A program made the position numbers and the translations under genes. The notes beneath the pieces are model-generated. The model was not told the DNA's origin and searched no databases. It worked only from the letters and a program-made list of their open reading frames with translations. DNA of 64,000 nt from the human T2T-CHM13v2.0 reference genome, Homo sapiens, in assembly GCF_009914755.1 (NCBI RefSeq), contig NC_060940.1; one strand, written 5' to 3'. Shown piece by piece: positions 1-11,350 of this stretch; the stretch's first letter is position 1, and every line of letters begins with the position of its first letter.

Positions 1-67
1 CCCAGCCTGGGCAACAGAGTGAGACTCCATCTCAAAATAAATAAATAAATAAATAAATAAAATAAAA
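1..67 (+). mobile_element. Alu 3' end with (TAAA)n tail, cut by window edge
   Basis: CCAGCCTGGGCAACAGAGTGAGACTCCATCTC followed by A-rich tail. Confidence 0.95.
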
Positions 68-277
68 GATCCGTCCATACTGGCATGTGAAGATCAGACC
101 TGTTTTTCTAACTACCGCAGTCATATCCCACAGTGAGTATCTGTCATGCTTTGCTTATCTATCCCCTTCTGATGCGCACAGCAGTGGCTTCCAATACCCC
201 GCTACCACAAACCCACCTCCTTGAACATCCTTGGGTGAAACTTTCTCTGGGGTATAAATCCAGGAGGGGAATTGCTG

Positions 278-422
278 CTGCTCAGTCTTTAATATGCACA
301 GGACTCACCCAGGGATCTTGTTAAAAGGCAGATTTTGACTCAAGAAGTCTGGAAGGAGACTCGAGAATTTCCATTTCTAACAAGCTCCCAGGTGATGCTG
401 ATGCTGCTGGTCTGGGACCACA
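278..422. mobile_element. MER5B-like hAT-Charlie MITE
   Basis: GGGATCTTGTTAAAA...CATTTCTAACAAGCTCCCAGGTGATGCTGATGCTGCTGGTC matches recalled MER5 consensus. Confidence 0.85.
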
Positions 423-1320
423 GAGAATATGCAGCCTTCATTTGCTTTAGTGTCAGATCTCTCTAGAATGACCGCGCCAGTCCACAGTCCAAGGGCTTGC
501 TTTTAGAGGGGGCCAAACCCCACTGGCCCCCCTAACACGGTGTAGACTTGCAGGGCTCTGCTGAGAGCCACCATTAACCACAAGCATCATGTCCGTATTG
601 CTACCGTTCGTCAATACCCTTGACCCTCTTGCCTTCAGGAACCCTCTATTTCCAAGCACATCTCCAAATCAGAGCCCCACCCCCTCCACAATGCAAAGTG
701 GGACCATCTAGAAGAACATCCAGCCCAACCTCCTGGCTTTATAAAGGGAGAAACCAAGACTGAGAGACTTGCAAGAAATCACAAGAAATTCCCGTTTCTT
801 TGCATCTTACTCCTCCAGAGCCCTCTTTGAGTGATCAGTAATTCGTCCACAATTTATAGGACTTAGTTCACTTTACCCATCTTTTTCCATCTCCCTGCCC
901 CACCCCACTCCACCCTCCCCATCCCATATCCCCCAGCCCACCCTGCTTTTTAATCCTTGCTAGAATCATCCATTTTGCGACCAAGTATTGACTTCAAATG
1001 ATATATGAGACAATTGACATTTCAAATATTCCAGGCAGGATACAGAATTCTGATCACGGCCCAGTCTGAAACATCTCCTCCACATCTCTTTCCTTATTCC
1101 TTCTGGGCAATAATTGTCCCCCCACCAGCCCACCCCACTCCCAACCTCGACATTAATTTCCCCTGATTCATTTTTCATGCCTTTGAATTCTGCCTTTTCA
1201 AAGCAGAATATGTTTCTGTAGCTGTTTCTCATACCTCCCTTCCCCTCATGAATATTTCAAATGCAATAGTGATATGATCGTTCAACCTTAAGAGGCACAC
1301 CAACTTTATCTTATTTATCT

Positions 1321-1600
1321 TACCGAGCTGCTTCCGATCCCGGGATTAAGTCCAAAACATCCTTTGAGAGTTTGTTTGAGTTGTTTTCCCTCAGGCTGTT
1401 GCTGCTGTGTATGTAAATTACAAAGAGAAGCAGCCTCCCCCTCCCCTCAGCCCCAGCCCCGGGCACCAGCCCCCGGCCCGAGACGCCCGCCCTCCCTCTG
1501 CCAATCCTTCCTGGGAGATGCAAGACGCGCTCCTCTCAAAGCCAATTGGCAGGCCTCCGGACGGGTCCCTGCCAGGGCATGTCTCCCTGACTTCCTCCAG
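1321..1600. promoter_or_regulatory. Candidate CpG-rich regulatory element
   Basis: Repeat-free and GC-rich; 18 CpGs in 1321-1740; GCCAATTGGC palindrome at 1541-1550; motif-level evidence only. Confidence 0.4.
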
Positions 1601-1624
1601 TGGTCTCTTAGAAGCCCAAAACTC

Positions 1625-1735
1625 ACCATGCGACCTTGGGTAGGGCGTTCCGCCACTCAGGCAAGTTTCCCCATCTACAAACAAGGGGAATAGACACGGC
1701 GACCCTAAAGTCCTTTCAGCTCTGAGACTCCATGT
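1625..1735 (+). mobile_element. MIR3/MIRc fragment
   Basis: GACCTTGGG...AGTTTCCCCATCT...GTCCTTTCAGCTCTGA core and 3' end. Confidence 0.6.
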
Positions 1736-1817
1736 CACGTGATGTAATGTAACAGACAGAGCCCTACCTGGTTCCAATCCAAGCTCTACTACTAAACGAG
1801 TGATGAGATGGCTCACC

Positions 1818-3002
1818 AACTGTACCTACCACTGACTAGCTGTGTGACCCTTAACTAACTGTACCTACCACTGACTAGCCGTGTGACCCTTAACTAACTG
1901 TACCTACCACTGACTAGTGGTGTGACCCTTAACTAACTACACCTACCACTGACTAGCCGTGTGACCCTTAACTAACTGTACCTACCACAGACTAGCCGTG
2001 TGACCCTTCACTAACTGTATCAACCACTAAACTATCCATGTGTCTTTTAATTGTATCTACCATTGACTAGTCTTGTGACCCTTAACTGTCTGCCACTGAC
2101 TAGCTGTGTAACCCCTAACTAACTGTACCTACCACTGACTAGCCGTGTGACCCTTAACTAACTGTACCTACTACTGACTAGCCGTGTGACCCTTCACTAA
2201 CTGTATCAACCACTAAACTATCCATGTGTCTTTTAATTGTGTCTACCATTGACTAGTCTTGTGACCCTTAACTGTCTGCCACTGACTAGCTGTGTAACCC
2301 CTAACTAACTGTACCTACCACTGACTAGCCATGTGACCCTTAACTAACTGTACCTACTACTGACTAGCCGTGTGACCCTTCACTAACTGTATCAACCACT
2401 AAACTATCCATGTGTCTTTTAATTGTGTCTACCATTGACTAGTCTTGTGACCCTTAACTGTCTGCCACTGACTAGCTGTGTAACCCCTAACTAACTGTAC
2501 CTACCACTGACTAGCTTTGTGACCCTTAACTAGCTGTACCTACCACTGACTAGCTTTGTGACCTTTAACTAAATATACCTGCCTCTGACTAGATGTGTGG
2601 CCCTTAACTAACTGTATCTACCACTAAACTATCCATGTGTCTTAAACTATCCGTGTGTCTTTTAACTGTCTACCATTGACTAGCTGTGTGACCCTTAACT
2701 GTGTCTACCACTAACTAGCTGTGTAACCCTTAACTAACTGTATCTACCACTAACTAGCTGTGTAACCCTTAAATCTATCACTAACTGTGTGACCCTTAAC
2801 TGTGTCCACCACTGACTACCTATGTGACCCTTAACTAACAGTATCTACCACTGACTAGCTGCACAACCCTTAACTATGTCAACCACTGACTAGCTGTGTG
2901 ACTCTTAACTGTTTCTACAACTAACTGACTGTGGGACCCTTAATTGTGTCCACCACCGAGTCGGTATGTAACTTGTTTCTACCACTAACTAGCTGTGTGA
3001 CC
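1818..3002. repeat. Minisatellite/VNTR, ~35-39-bp unit AACTGTACCTACCACTGACTAGCTGTGTGACCCTTAACT, about 30 copies
   Basis: Directly visible tandem array; exact 39-bp period at 1818/1857/1896, degenerating toward the 3' end. Confidence 0.97.
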
Positions 3003-3089
3003 ATGATGCGAGTTACAGAAGTTCTCAGGGTCTCAGTTTCCTCCCCTGCAGCATGCATTGGTTAACAGCAGCTGCCTCTGGGGCTGTAG

Positions 3090-3203
3090 TAGGGTGACCA
3101 GCCATCCTCTTTGGTTTATCTAGGACCGAAGTGGTTCCAGGTATAGGGAACGCTCAGTGTCAAATCCAGTAAGTGCTAAAGCCAACACAAGTTTGTCACC
3201 CAA
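3090..3203. mobile_element. MER81 hAT-Blackjack MITE
   Basis: 114 bp; TIRs TAGGGTGACC / GTCACCCAA; 8-bp TSD GGCTGTAG / GGTTGTAG. Confidence 0.8.
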
Positions 3204-3297
3204 GGTTGTAGTGAGAACTAAAGGTGAATGAGGTGACATGGATAAAATCTAGCACATCAATATAAGTTAGTGTCATTACTATTGCTATTGCTATTGC

Positions 3298-3597
3298 TTT
3301 TTGTTTGTTTGTTTAGAGATAGAGTTTCACTCCTGTCACCCAGGCTGGAGTACAATGGAGCGCTCTCGGCTCACTGCAACCTCCGCCTCCTGGATTCAAG
3401 TGTTTCTCCATACTCAGTCTCCTGAGTAGCTGGCATTACAGGCACCCACCACCACGCCTGGCAATTTTTGTATTTTTAGTAGAGACGGGGTTTTGCCATG
3501 TTGGCCAGGCTGGCCTTGAACTCCTGACCTCAGGTGATCCACCCACCTCGGCCTCCCAAAGTGCTGAGATTACAGGCGTGAGCCACCATACCCGGCT
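3298..3597 (-). mobile_element. AluS full length
   Basis: Both monomers; TSD-like GCTATTG flanks. Confidence 0.95.
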
Positions 3598-3860
3598 GCT
3601 ATTGTTAACGGTTCTGCTCATGGCTATAAAGGAATTTTTTTTCACTTCTAATTTTTTCTAGAATTTCAGATTTCTCTTTATCAAAGCAGTACAAGCAAAT
3701 GATACAAATGACTTGAAATGGAAAACAAAGCTGTCTTACCCCAGCCCTTCTCCCATCAAATCCCTCTCCCCAAAGGCAGGCAGTTGAAGTCCTTTTTAGC
3801 GACTGATCTTTTAAGGCTGACTCTGCCTCAGTCACCCTCTGTTCCCACTACTTCAGGCCC

Positions 3861-3963
3861 TCACCACATTGGCCAGGCTGGTCTTGAACTCCTGACCTCG
3901 TGATCCTCCCACCTCAGACTCCCAAAGTGTTAGGATTACAGGTGTTGAGCCACAGCACCAGGT
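3861..3963 (-). mobile_element. Alu left-monomer fragment
   Basis: GGCCAGGCTGGTCTTGAACTCCTGACCTCGTGATCC... Confidence 0.9.
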
Positions 3964-4170
3964 CCATCGGTTTTCATTACCACCACCTGACAGGTGAGCA
4001 GGCTGGTTCACACTCTGGTCACCTGGCATGGCTTGTCACATACTGGTGAAGCTGTCACCCGCAAAATCCAGACCTGGGACTGAGGAAAGAGCTAAGCGAT
4101 CCTAAAGAGATACAGTCTCTCAGGTGGCCCTTGATGGGGGCAAAGAGAGGAAGGGACAGTTCCTCTTTTA

Positions 4171-4291
4171 TTTGTCCATTCACACATGTTGGGAGCCAGG
4201 CATTAAATTTGCAAGCCAGAAAAGGCAGGAAAAACCAAGTTTATGGCTTTTCAAGTTGGTTCAGAAATTACTGTATGGGCCCTCCAAAAGG
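4171..4291 (+). repeat. Copy 1 of ~120-bp local direct duplication (copy 2 at 6129-6250)
   Basis: First 58 bp identical between copies, remainder about 80%. Confidence 0.95.
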
Positions 4292-4450
4292 TTTAATGTC
4301 TCTGTGGTGTCATCCCAAAGAGAAGCACAGAGAAGCAAGAGGATCTGCAGCTGAAGAGCCCAGAGGCAATGAACACTCACCTTGACTCTCTTCTCATTTC
4401 TGAGGCTCTATCAGTTAAGGTTCTTAGTTTGCAAGCAACAGAACCAAATC

Positions 4451-4752
<302 letters not shown>

Positions 4753-4952
4753 CAACAGAACCAAATCTTTACATTAAAAAGCGGGGAGCTTACAGGATCA
4801 GAGAAAGAATAGAGTTCCCAGACTTGAGGGGGTTCCAGTTGGACCATCTTTGTATGGTGGTGGATCTCAACCCTCACTGCAGCCAACAGTCAACCAAAGA
4901 GACTTTTAGAAACCACTGATGCTGGGCCCTCACCCTCAGAAATTGAGATTTA

Positions 4953-5276
<324 letters not shown>

Positions 5277-5384
5277 AGAAACTGAGATTTAACTGGCTCA
5301 GGTCTGTCTTGTTTCACACCTCCCCTAGGTGATTCTAAGGTGAGGTTGAAAAATGAGATTCACTACTCTCGGGATGCAACTGCA

Positions 5385-5546
5385 CCGTGAGTCCAGAAAC
5401 CAGCAGTACTGGCATCACCATCTCCAGTAGAGCTCGTCAGAAATGCAGACTCTCTCTCAGAACCACCCCAGACCTTTCGAGTCAGAATCTGCCCTCGAAC
5501 AAGATCCTCCAGTTAGCGTTAAGCAGATTAAAGGTTGAGAAGCACT
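5385..5546. mobile_element. MER5B-like MITE
   Basis: CCAGCAG..GGCATCACC..AGAAATGCAGA..TTGAGAAGCACT. Confidence 0.75.
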
Positions 5547-5819
5547 AGGCTGCAGGGTCATGGAATGACTGGACTCTAATCACTCTACATCCTTGATGAT
5601 CTCTCCTTAAGATGCAAATTCCCAGAAGGCAGGCATTTGATGGGCCATGCTTTTGTCACACCATGATAGAAGATCTGGGCATAAGAAATTCTGCAGAGTG
5701 GTCCCACCAGACCCACAGGCAGGAGAAGGGCCGTCCCTGAACGGAGTGGGATGCGGGGCTGATAAATACTACATAGGTTAAGCACAGCGACCTTCACAGT
5801 TCAGAGATAGTGATGCCAA

Positions 5820-5973
5820 CTACCACTTATTAAGCACCTACTGTATGCCAAGCACAGTGCCAAGGACTCAAATTACTCATGGAATTCCCCCTATAACCAT
5901 GAAGCCAATATTATTATTACTGCTACAGCTACTACTACTATTATTTTATAAAGGAAGAAACTAAGGTTTAGAG
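5820..5973 (-). mobile_element. MIR fragment
   Basis: TTATTAAGCACCTACTGTATGCCAAGCAC...GAAACTAAGGTTTAGAG. Confidence 0.75.
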
Positions 5974-6135
5974 CAGTAGATCCAACTTTAGCATGGATCA
6001 GAATCACCTGGAAGATTTGTAAACTCACAGACTTCTGGAACCTACCCTCAGAGTTGCTGGTTCTGTAAGTCTAGGGTAAAGCCTGAGAATTTTTATTTCT
6101 AGCAAGTTCCCAGATGATGCTGATGCTGTTTGTCC
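5974..6135. mobile_element. MER5A MITE, truncated by the duplicated block
   Basis: CAGAATCACCTGG...AAGTTCCCAGATGATGCTGATGCTG. Confidence 0.8.
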
Positions 6136-6250
6136 ATTCACACATGTTGGGAGCCAGGCATTAAATTTGCAAGCCAGAAAAGGCAGTAAAAACCAAGTTA
6201 ATGGCCTTTCAAGTCAGTTCAGAAATCACTGTACGTGCCCCCAAAAAGGG
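6129..6250 (+). repeat. Copy 2 of ~120-bp local direct duplication
   Basis: Matches 4171-4291, offset 1958 bp. Confidence 0.95.
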
Positions 6251-6644
6251 AATGCCAAACATTAGGCAAGTCCCCATCTTCACAATGAGAACTTACCCAC
6301 CTCAGAGAGATGGTTTCCCCAGGAAACAAGTGCAGATGGCATTTTGCAGAAAGTGCACATTGAAAGAAAGCAAACTGGCTTAGAAATATGGTTAATGGGA
6401 ATTCTTTGGAATTCATAGCATCAGGAGAGAGTCGTTTCCTTCTACCACACACCTGGCTGGGAGGGTGACAATGTCCTTAGGAGGGAGAGACTGGGAAACA
6501 TTAATACCAGAGCCCTGGCTATTATTTGCAATGTATAGCAATGTTTTTCCTCAAGGTAGATCTTTGGTGAGCTGTACACAGTAAAGCTAGCCATTCAGGT
6601 GGAATTACATCCAACTAGTCATCTCCGTCATACTAAAACAGTAA

Positions 6645-6870
6645 ACAATGCTTGAAGAAGTCAGATGCCTGGCATCAAATCTAAGATCCACCATTTACTG
6701 GCTGTGGTCATTAGGCAAGATGCTTAACGTCTTTGTTCCTTATTATCCTATTTTGTAAATGGGGGAATTATAATAATACCTAATCTCTAGGTTACTGGAT
6801 GGACTAAATGAAATAATGTGTGAAATTTTTAGTAACATAGCTAGAATATTACAAGCTCCCAATAAGTCTA
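6645..6870 (+). mobile_element. MIR
   Basis: Diverged core ACTGGCTGTGGTCATTAGGCAAGATGCTTAAC...TAAATGAAATAATG. Confidence 0.75.
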
Positions 6871-6871
6871 T

Positions 6872-7259
6872 TGTATTAGTCCATCCTCACACTGCTATAA
6901 ACAACTGGCCAAGAATGGGTAATTGATAAACAAAAGGGGTTTAATTGACTCACAACAGGTCTGCATGGCTGGGGAGGCCTCAGGAAACTTACAATCATGA
7001 CAGAAGGAGAAGCAGACATCTTCACAAGGCGATAGGAGGGAGAAGTGAGAGCACGGGAAAAAACTGCCACGTTTAAAACCATCAGATCTCATGAGAACTC
7101 ACTCACTATCATGAGACCAGCATGGGAGAAGCCGCCCCCATGAGCCAATCACATCCCTCCTTCGACACATGGGGCTTACAGCTCCCTCCCTCGACGCGAC
7201 ACCTGGTGATTATAATTCAAGATGAGATTTGGGTGGAGACACACAGCCAAACCATATCA
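6872..7259 (-). mobile_element. THE1D/MSTA MaLR solo LTR
   Basis: TGTATTAGTCC...CAGCCAAACCATATCA termini; TSD TCTAT/CCTAT. Confidence 0.92.
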
Positions 7260-7389
7260 CCTATTTTATTTATCATACCATTATTGTTATTATTATTATT
7301 GGTGGATGTGCTGGTGGCGTTAATATTGTTGGCAAAACTGGAACTAGCTGGATCTTTATCAATAATTGCAATCATGATTCTGACATCTG

Positions 7390-7890
7390 ACCCTTTCATG
7401 CCACTGGTAGGCATGTAAACAGGCACAATTTTTCTGGAAGGTCATTTGGCAATATGTATCAAGAGCCTTACAAATACGCACCCATTTTGACCCAGAAGGT
7501 CCACTCCTAGAAATTTATTTTAGGGGAGTACATCCAGTTGAGGACAAAGATGTATGCCCAAGGAAGCCATCACATTATTGCAAATGGTAAAAAATGAAGT
7601 GTCAACCAACAGAAAAATGTTTCTGAAATTACACTATGTTCGTACAATGAAATCTTCTTCCAATTATTAAAATAATGTTCATGCCTTTTAATTGGGGTGA
7701 TTGTATAATTTTATATCTTTATAAAAATATATGTATGTAAGACTTCATATAGATGATGAACTCAATTATGTAAACATATGATAGAAAAAGAGAAGGGAAT
7801 AATCCAAAAGCCATCTGCTCTGGGTCTTAGAATGGGAATTCTTATGGTTTTGTGCATTTTTGCAGCTATTTCTCAATAGTCCCCTTTATA
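7390..7890 (+). mobile_element. Old L1M (L1ME-like) 3' fragment
   Basis: TTTGGCAATATGTATCAA...TTTGACCCAG..CCACTCCTAGAAATTTAT L1 ORF2 end motif. Confidence 0.7.
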
Positions 7891-8122
7891 ATCAGAGCAG
7901 GCTGGGTAGAATCTGGTACAGGAGATTGTGGCAAACTAGATAATTAACCCAGAGAACATTATTTCTGTCTGGGTATGCCATTAAGTTACAAAGACCTTTT
8001 GTAAATGTGGGTAATAATGAAAAGAGGGCTATAGTGTTGGAAAGGAAGACAGGAGATAAGGAGGAATGAAAAGGAGTAGGTATTATTTCTACAGAGTCTT
8101 GAAAGATTAAGAAAAATGAGGC

Positions 8123-8441
8123 AGCCAGATGCAGTGGCTCACACCTGTAATCCTAACACTTCGGGAGATCAAGGTGGGAGGATTGCTGGAGCCCAGGAGT
8201 TTGAGACCAGCCTGAATGATTGAGTAAGACTCCCCTCTCTACAAACAAAATTTAAAAAACTAGCCAGGCATGGTGGTGTGCACCTATGCTCAGGAGGCTG
8301 AGGTGGGAGGATCACTTGAGCCCAGGAGGTTGAGGCTGCAGTAAGCCGTGATCACACCACTGCACTTCAGCCTGGGTGACAGAGCAAGTCCCTGCCTCAG
8401 AAAAAAAAAAAAGAAAGAAAGAAACAAAAGAAAAGAAAAGA
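8123..8441 (+). mobile_element. AluJ
   Basis: GGAGGATTGCTGGAGCCCAGGAG J-type dimer with A-rich tail. Confidence 0.95.
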
Positions 8442-8629
8442 AAAAATGAAGCAAAAGATACCAGCAGCATTGGCTGAGCCCTAGAGGTAATGGGAAGGGT
8501 TGATGGGGCAAGATCAGAGACTTCTGTGATGTTTCCATTTGATGAGACAAAACTCAGCATTAGCAGAATTAAAGTTACCTAATCTCTAGATTAGGAAAGG
8601 GAACAGAGAAATACCTCATGGCAACACAT

Positions 8630-9110
8630 GGCCTTTTTGAGTTGCAAGTTGACAGAAACTCAAGTCAAACTGGCTTCACTGAGAAATTCACTCTAGGTGA
8701 GATCTGTCATCAGGTTGGAGGGGATACAGGCTGTTAGGCAGTGTGATCGGCTTTCCTTCTCCTCTCTCAGCTCGGCTCTCCTGTGATTTCCTTCTCAGGC
8801 AGGCTCTCCCCCAGGGTGATGAGATGACCACCAGCAGCTCCCGGTTTCCACCCTACCAGGTTTGCAACCCCAGCAAAAAGAGAACCCCTCTTTCCCTATC
8901 CACCTAACAGAAGTCCTGCCACTGATGCTCTTTGAACCACCTTAAAGGCAGGTTTCTGAATCAATCACAACAGCCAGGAGAATGGCATTCTCCCATCTGC
9001 CAAGCCCAGTCTCTCGAGTCACCCAAAACACATGGGCTGAGAATGGAGGAGAGGTCCCACCTCTCCCCCAAAAAAGTGAGATACTGGTCTAAGAAACAGA
9101 AAAACGAAGC
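8630..9110 (-). mobile_element. Old MaLR LTR (MLT1K/L-like)
   Basis: GTTGCAAGTTGACAGAAACTCAAGTCAAACTGGCTT terminus and internal motifs. Confidence 0.65.
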
Positions 9111-9236
9111 TTACATAGGCTAAATGAACCCAGAAGCACTATGTGGAGTTTTTCCTTCCAGAACATGAACCAAGTACTCAAGTTACCCCCAGATGGTATC
9201 AGAAGGAAGGATTCAACAGTGCCCTTAAAAAAGGGC

Positions 9237-9437
9237 CATAGTTCTCAACCAGGGGTGATTCCTCCTCCTCCCCTCAGGGGACATTTGGCAATGACAATGG
9301 GGCAGGGGGTTGTGCTACTGGCATCTAGTGGGCAGAGTGTAGGGATGCTGCTACACACCTTACAGTGCACAGGACAACCCTCACCCAAAGGATTATCTAG
9401 CCCAAAATGTCCACAGTGCTGAGACTGTGAAACCCAG
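9237..9437. mobile_element. MER20 hAT-Charlie MITE
   Basis: GTTCTCAACCAGGGGTGATT..GGGGACATTTGGCAATG..CTACTGGCATCTAGTGGG..GCCCAAAATGTC. Confidence 0.9.
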
Positions 9438-9440
9438 AAT

Positions 9441-9553
9441 TAGGATGACCTTATAAGTTATCGCCCAAACCAGAATGCTTTCGAGACAGGCAAAACCAGG
9501 AAAGCAGTCGTAACAGGGACTGTTGCAGCAAATGAGGACATATGGTTACCCTA
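9441..9553. mobile_element. MER94 hAT-Blackjack MITE
   Basis: TIRs TAGGATGACC / GGTTACCCTA; TTATCGCCCAAACC motif. Confidence 0.75.
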
Positions 9554-9779
9554 CTCTCAACACACCGTCCAAACAGAAGGCAAAGCCATTCTCACTGAAG
9601 GCTGTGATTCAAGGGAAACGTTTCAATGCTCCCCACCCCAATCATCAATTACAGGACCACAGAGATGCTCTTCCCAGCCGAGGCTTGTCTTTGACCCCTT
9701 CTGCTCTCTCCCACTTCCGGCATGGCTGACAGTCCCTCCCATCTACTTCTAAGAGGTCACTAAAAATCGACCAGGGCTT

Positions 9780-10280
9780 GCCAGCCTAGTGGGGTTGCCC
9801 AAATGTCTGCCCACAGATGCCGCTTCGAAAAGCTGTCTCTGGCATGGCCCCTACTGCAGCGGCGCGTGACAGACTGCCTTGCTTGGTGGAAGGAATCCCA
9901 CCCCAATTAAATTGCTGGAGCCCTGCTGGGAAGGAGGTGGAGGCGGGAGGAGAAGGAGAGTAGGGAGCCGGGCAAGCCACTCCTGCCTCTCCTTTTTCAT
10001 CTCGGAAGAGCCAATTTCAAGCTTGCCTCGGGTCATAAAAGAAATTAATTTGATTCTCTCAACCTTGCTCAGAGTGGACACACGTCTTCGGCTGGAGCAT
10101 CTGCTGCTGCTGGATCCAGAGCGAGGAGACCATCCCCTCGAAACGATTCCATTTCTGTTGCAAGGCAGGGCCAAAATCATCTGCCTGGAGCTGGAGAAGC
10201 AGCTGCCTGGAATACCCTGGGCTGTCATTTTTGCTGGTAAGATCGAAAAACGGTTCTCACAGCTAAGGTGACTCCCAAGT
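9780..10280 (+). promoter_or_regulatory. Candidate promoter/enhancer or lncRNA first exon
   Basis: Repeat-free, about 16 CpGs; GC box GGAGGCGGG, CCAAT 10011, CATAAAA 10034, donor-like CTG|GTAAGA at 10236/10237. Confidence 0.35.
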
Positions 10281-10454
10281 TGCAGGAGGTTTACCCAGAG
10301 AGATACTCATGGGTAGGGCTGGTTCTTGGAAAACTCCCAAACAGAATTTAGCAGTGGCAGCTGCCTAACCCACTTCATATTGATCAGCTTGATCACACTG
10401 AGTCCTCTTAACTGTCAGGCATGGCCCCTGGGCTGTATTCCTGATTGCACACAG

Positions 10455-11010
10455 CTAAGGTGACTCCCTTGTACAAGCCTCCCCGCCTGAGAGAGGATGG
10501 AACTTGTGACCTGCTTCTAATCAACAGAATATGGCAAAGGTGCCGAATGTCACTCTCTTGATCATATTTCATCAAATAAGATTTCCCCTTAGGAGACTTA
10601 GGGACTCCCTTGCTGGCTAGGAGGAAGTAAGCTACCATGTTGTGACAGGGCCATGTCAAAGAATGCAGGTGGCCTCTAGAAGCTGATAGAGGTCCCCAGC
10701 TGACAGCCAGCAAGAAAACAAGGCCTCAGCCAGGTGCAGTGGCTCACACCTATCATCCCAGCAATTTGGGAGGCTGAGGCAGGAGGATCGATTGAGCACA
10801 GGAGTTAGAGACCAGCCTGGGCAACATACAGAAACCTCATCTCTACCAACAATTTAAAAATTAGCCGCGCGTGAAGGCACCTGCCTGTGGTCCCAGCTAC
10901 TTGGCAGGCTGAGATGGGATGATCCCTTGAATCTAGGAGTTAAAGGCTGCAGTGAGCTACAACTTACCACTGCACTCCAGCTCGGGTAACAGAACAAGAG
11001 GCTGTCTCAA

Positions 11011-11061
<51 letters not shown>

Positions 11062-11110
11062 TTTATTTAAAAGAAAAAGAAAACAAGAACCCAGCTTTAC
11101 AACTACAAGG
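10455..11110 (+). mobile_element. MLT1E/F LTR fragment interrupted by Alu
   Basis: TGCTTCTAATCAACAGAATATGGCAAAGGTG...CAGCTGACAGCCAGCAAGAAAAC. Confidence 0.8.
10728..11078 (+). mobile_element. AluJ with (AAT)n tail
   Basis: Full dimer; (AAT)n at 11011-11060. Confidence 0.95.
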
Positions 11111-11230
11111 TAAGTCACCAGCAACTGCCATGAGGACCCATTGTCTAAATCTTTTAATGTAAAATAAAACTACATTAGAAACCACACAAACCAAATGTGT
11201 AGCTTCTTCAGCCTTTCCTTATTTTTCTAA

Positions 11231-11350
11231 GGTTGTACAAAACTATTGTATTTACAAAAATGGCACAAAAGTGAATTCAGCAGTCAATTCACATGCATAC
11301 TTCCCTCACATCTTCAACAACAAAAGGTATTCTAACTCTAACTCTACAGA
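11231..11350 (-). pseudogene. Probable 5'-truncated retrocopy of an mRNA 3' UTR end (resembles HNRNPA3 3' UTR from memory, unverified)
   Basis: Minus-strand AATACA signal (11247-11252) 16 nt before a decayed A-rich tail; sits within an L1M relic. Confidence 0.5.

Larger units (their letters stand above)
1760..3285 (+). mobile_element. MIR interrupted by a minisatellite and a MER81
   Basis: MIR 5' part CTGGTTCCAATCCAAGCTCTACT before the array; MIR continuation TCTCAGTTTCCTC...GGGCTGTAG after it. Confidence 0.7.

Noticed and set aside
1818-3002. Interstitial telomeric repeat (ACCCTTAA resembles CCCTAA)
   Set aside because: Period is 35-39 bp and the unit is better explained by the MIR core; no (TTAGGG)n runs.
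6255-6620. Possible LTR fragment
   Set aside because: I could not assign termini or a family with confidence.
9845-9862. CTCF motif on the minus strand
   Set aside because: GCAGTAGGGGCC is one G short of the core spacing; weak match.
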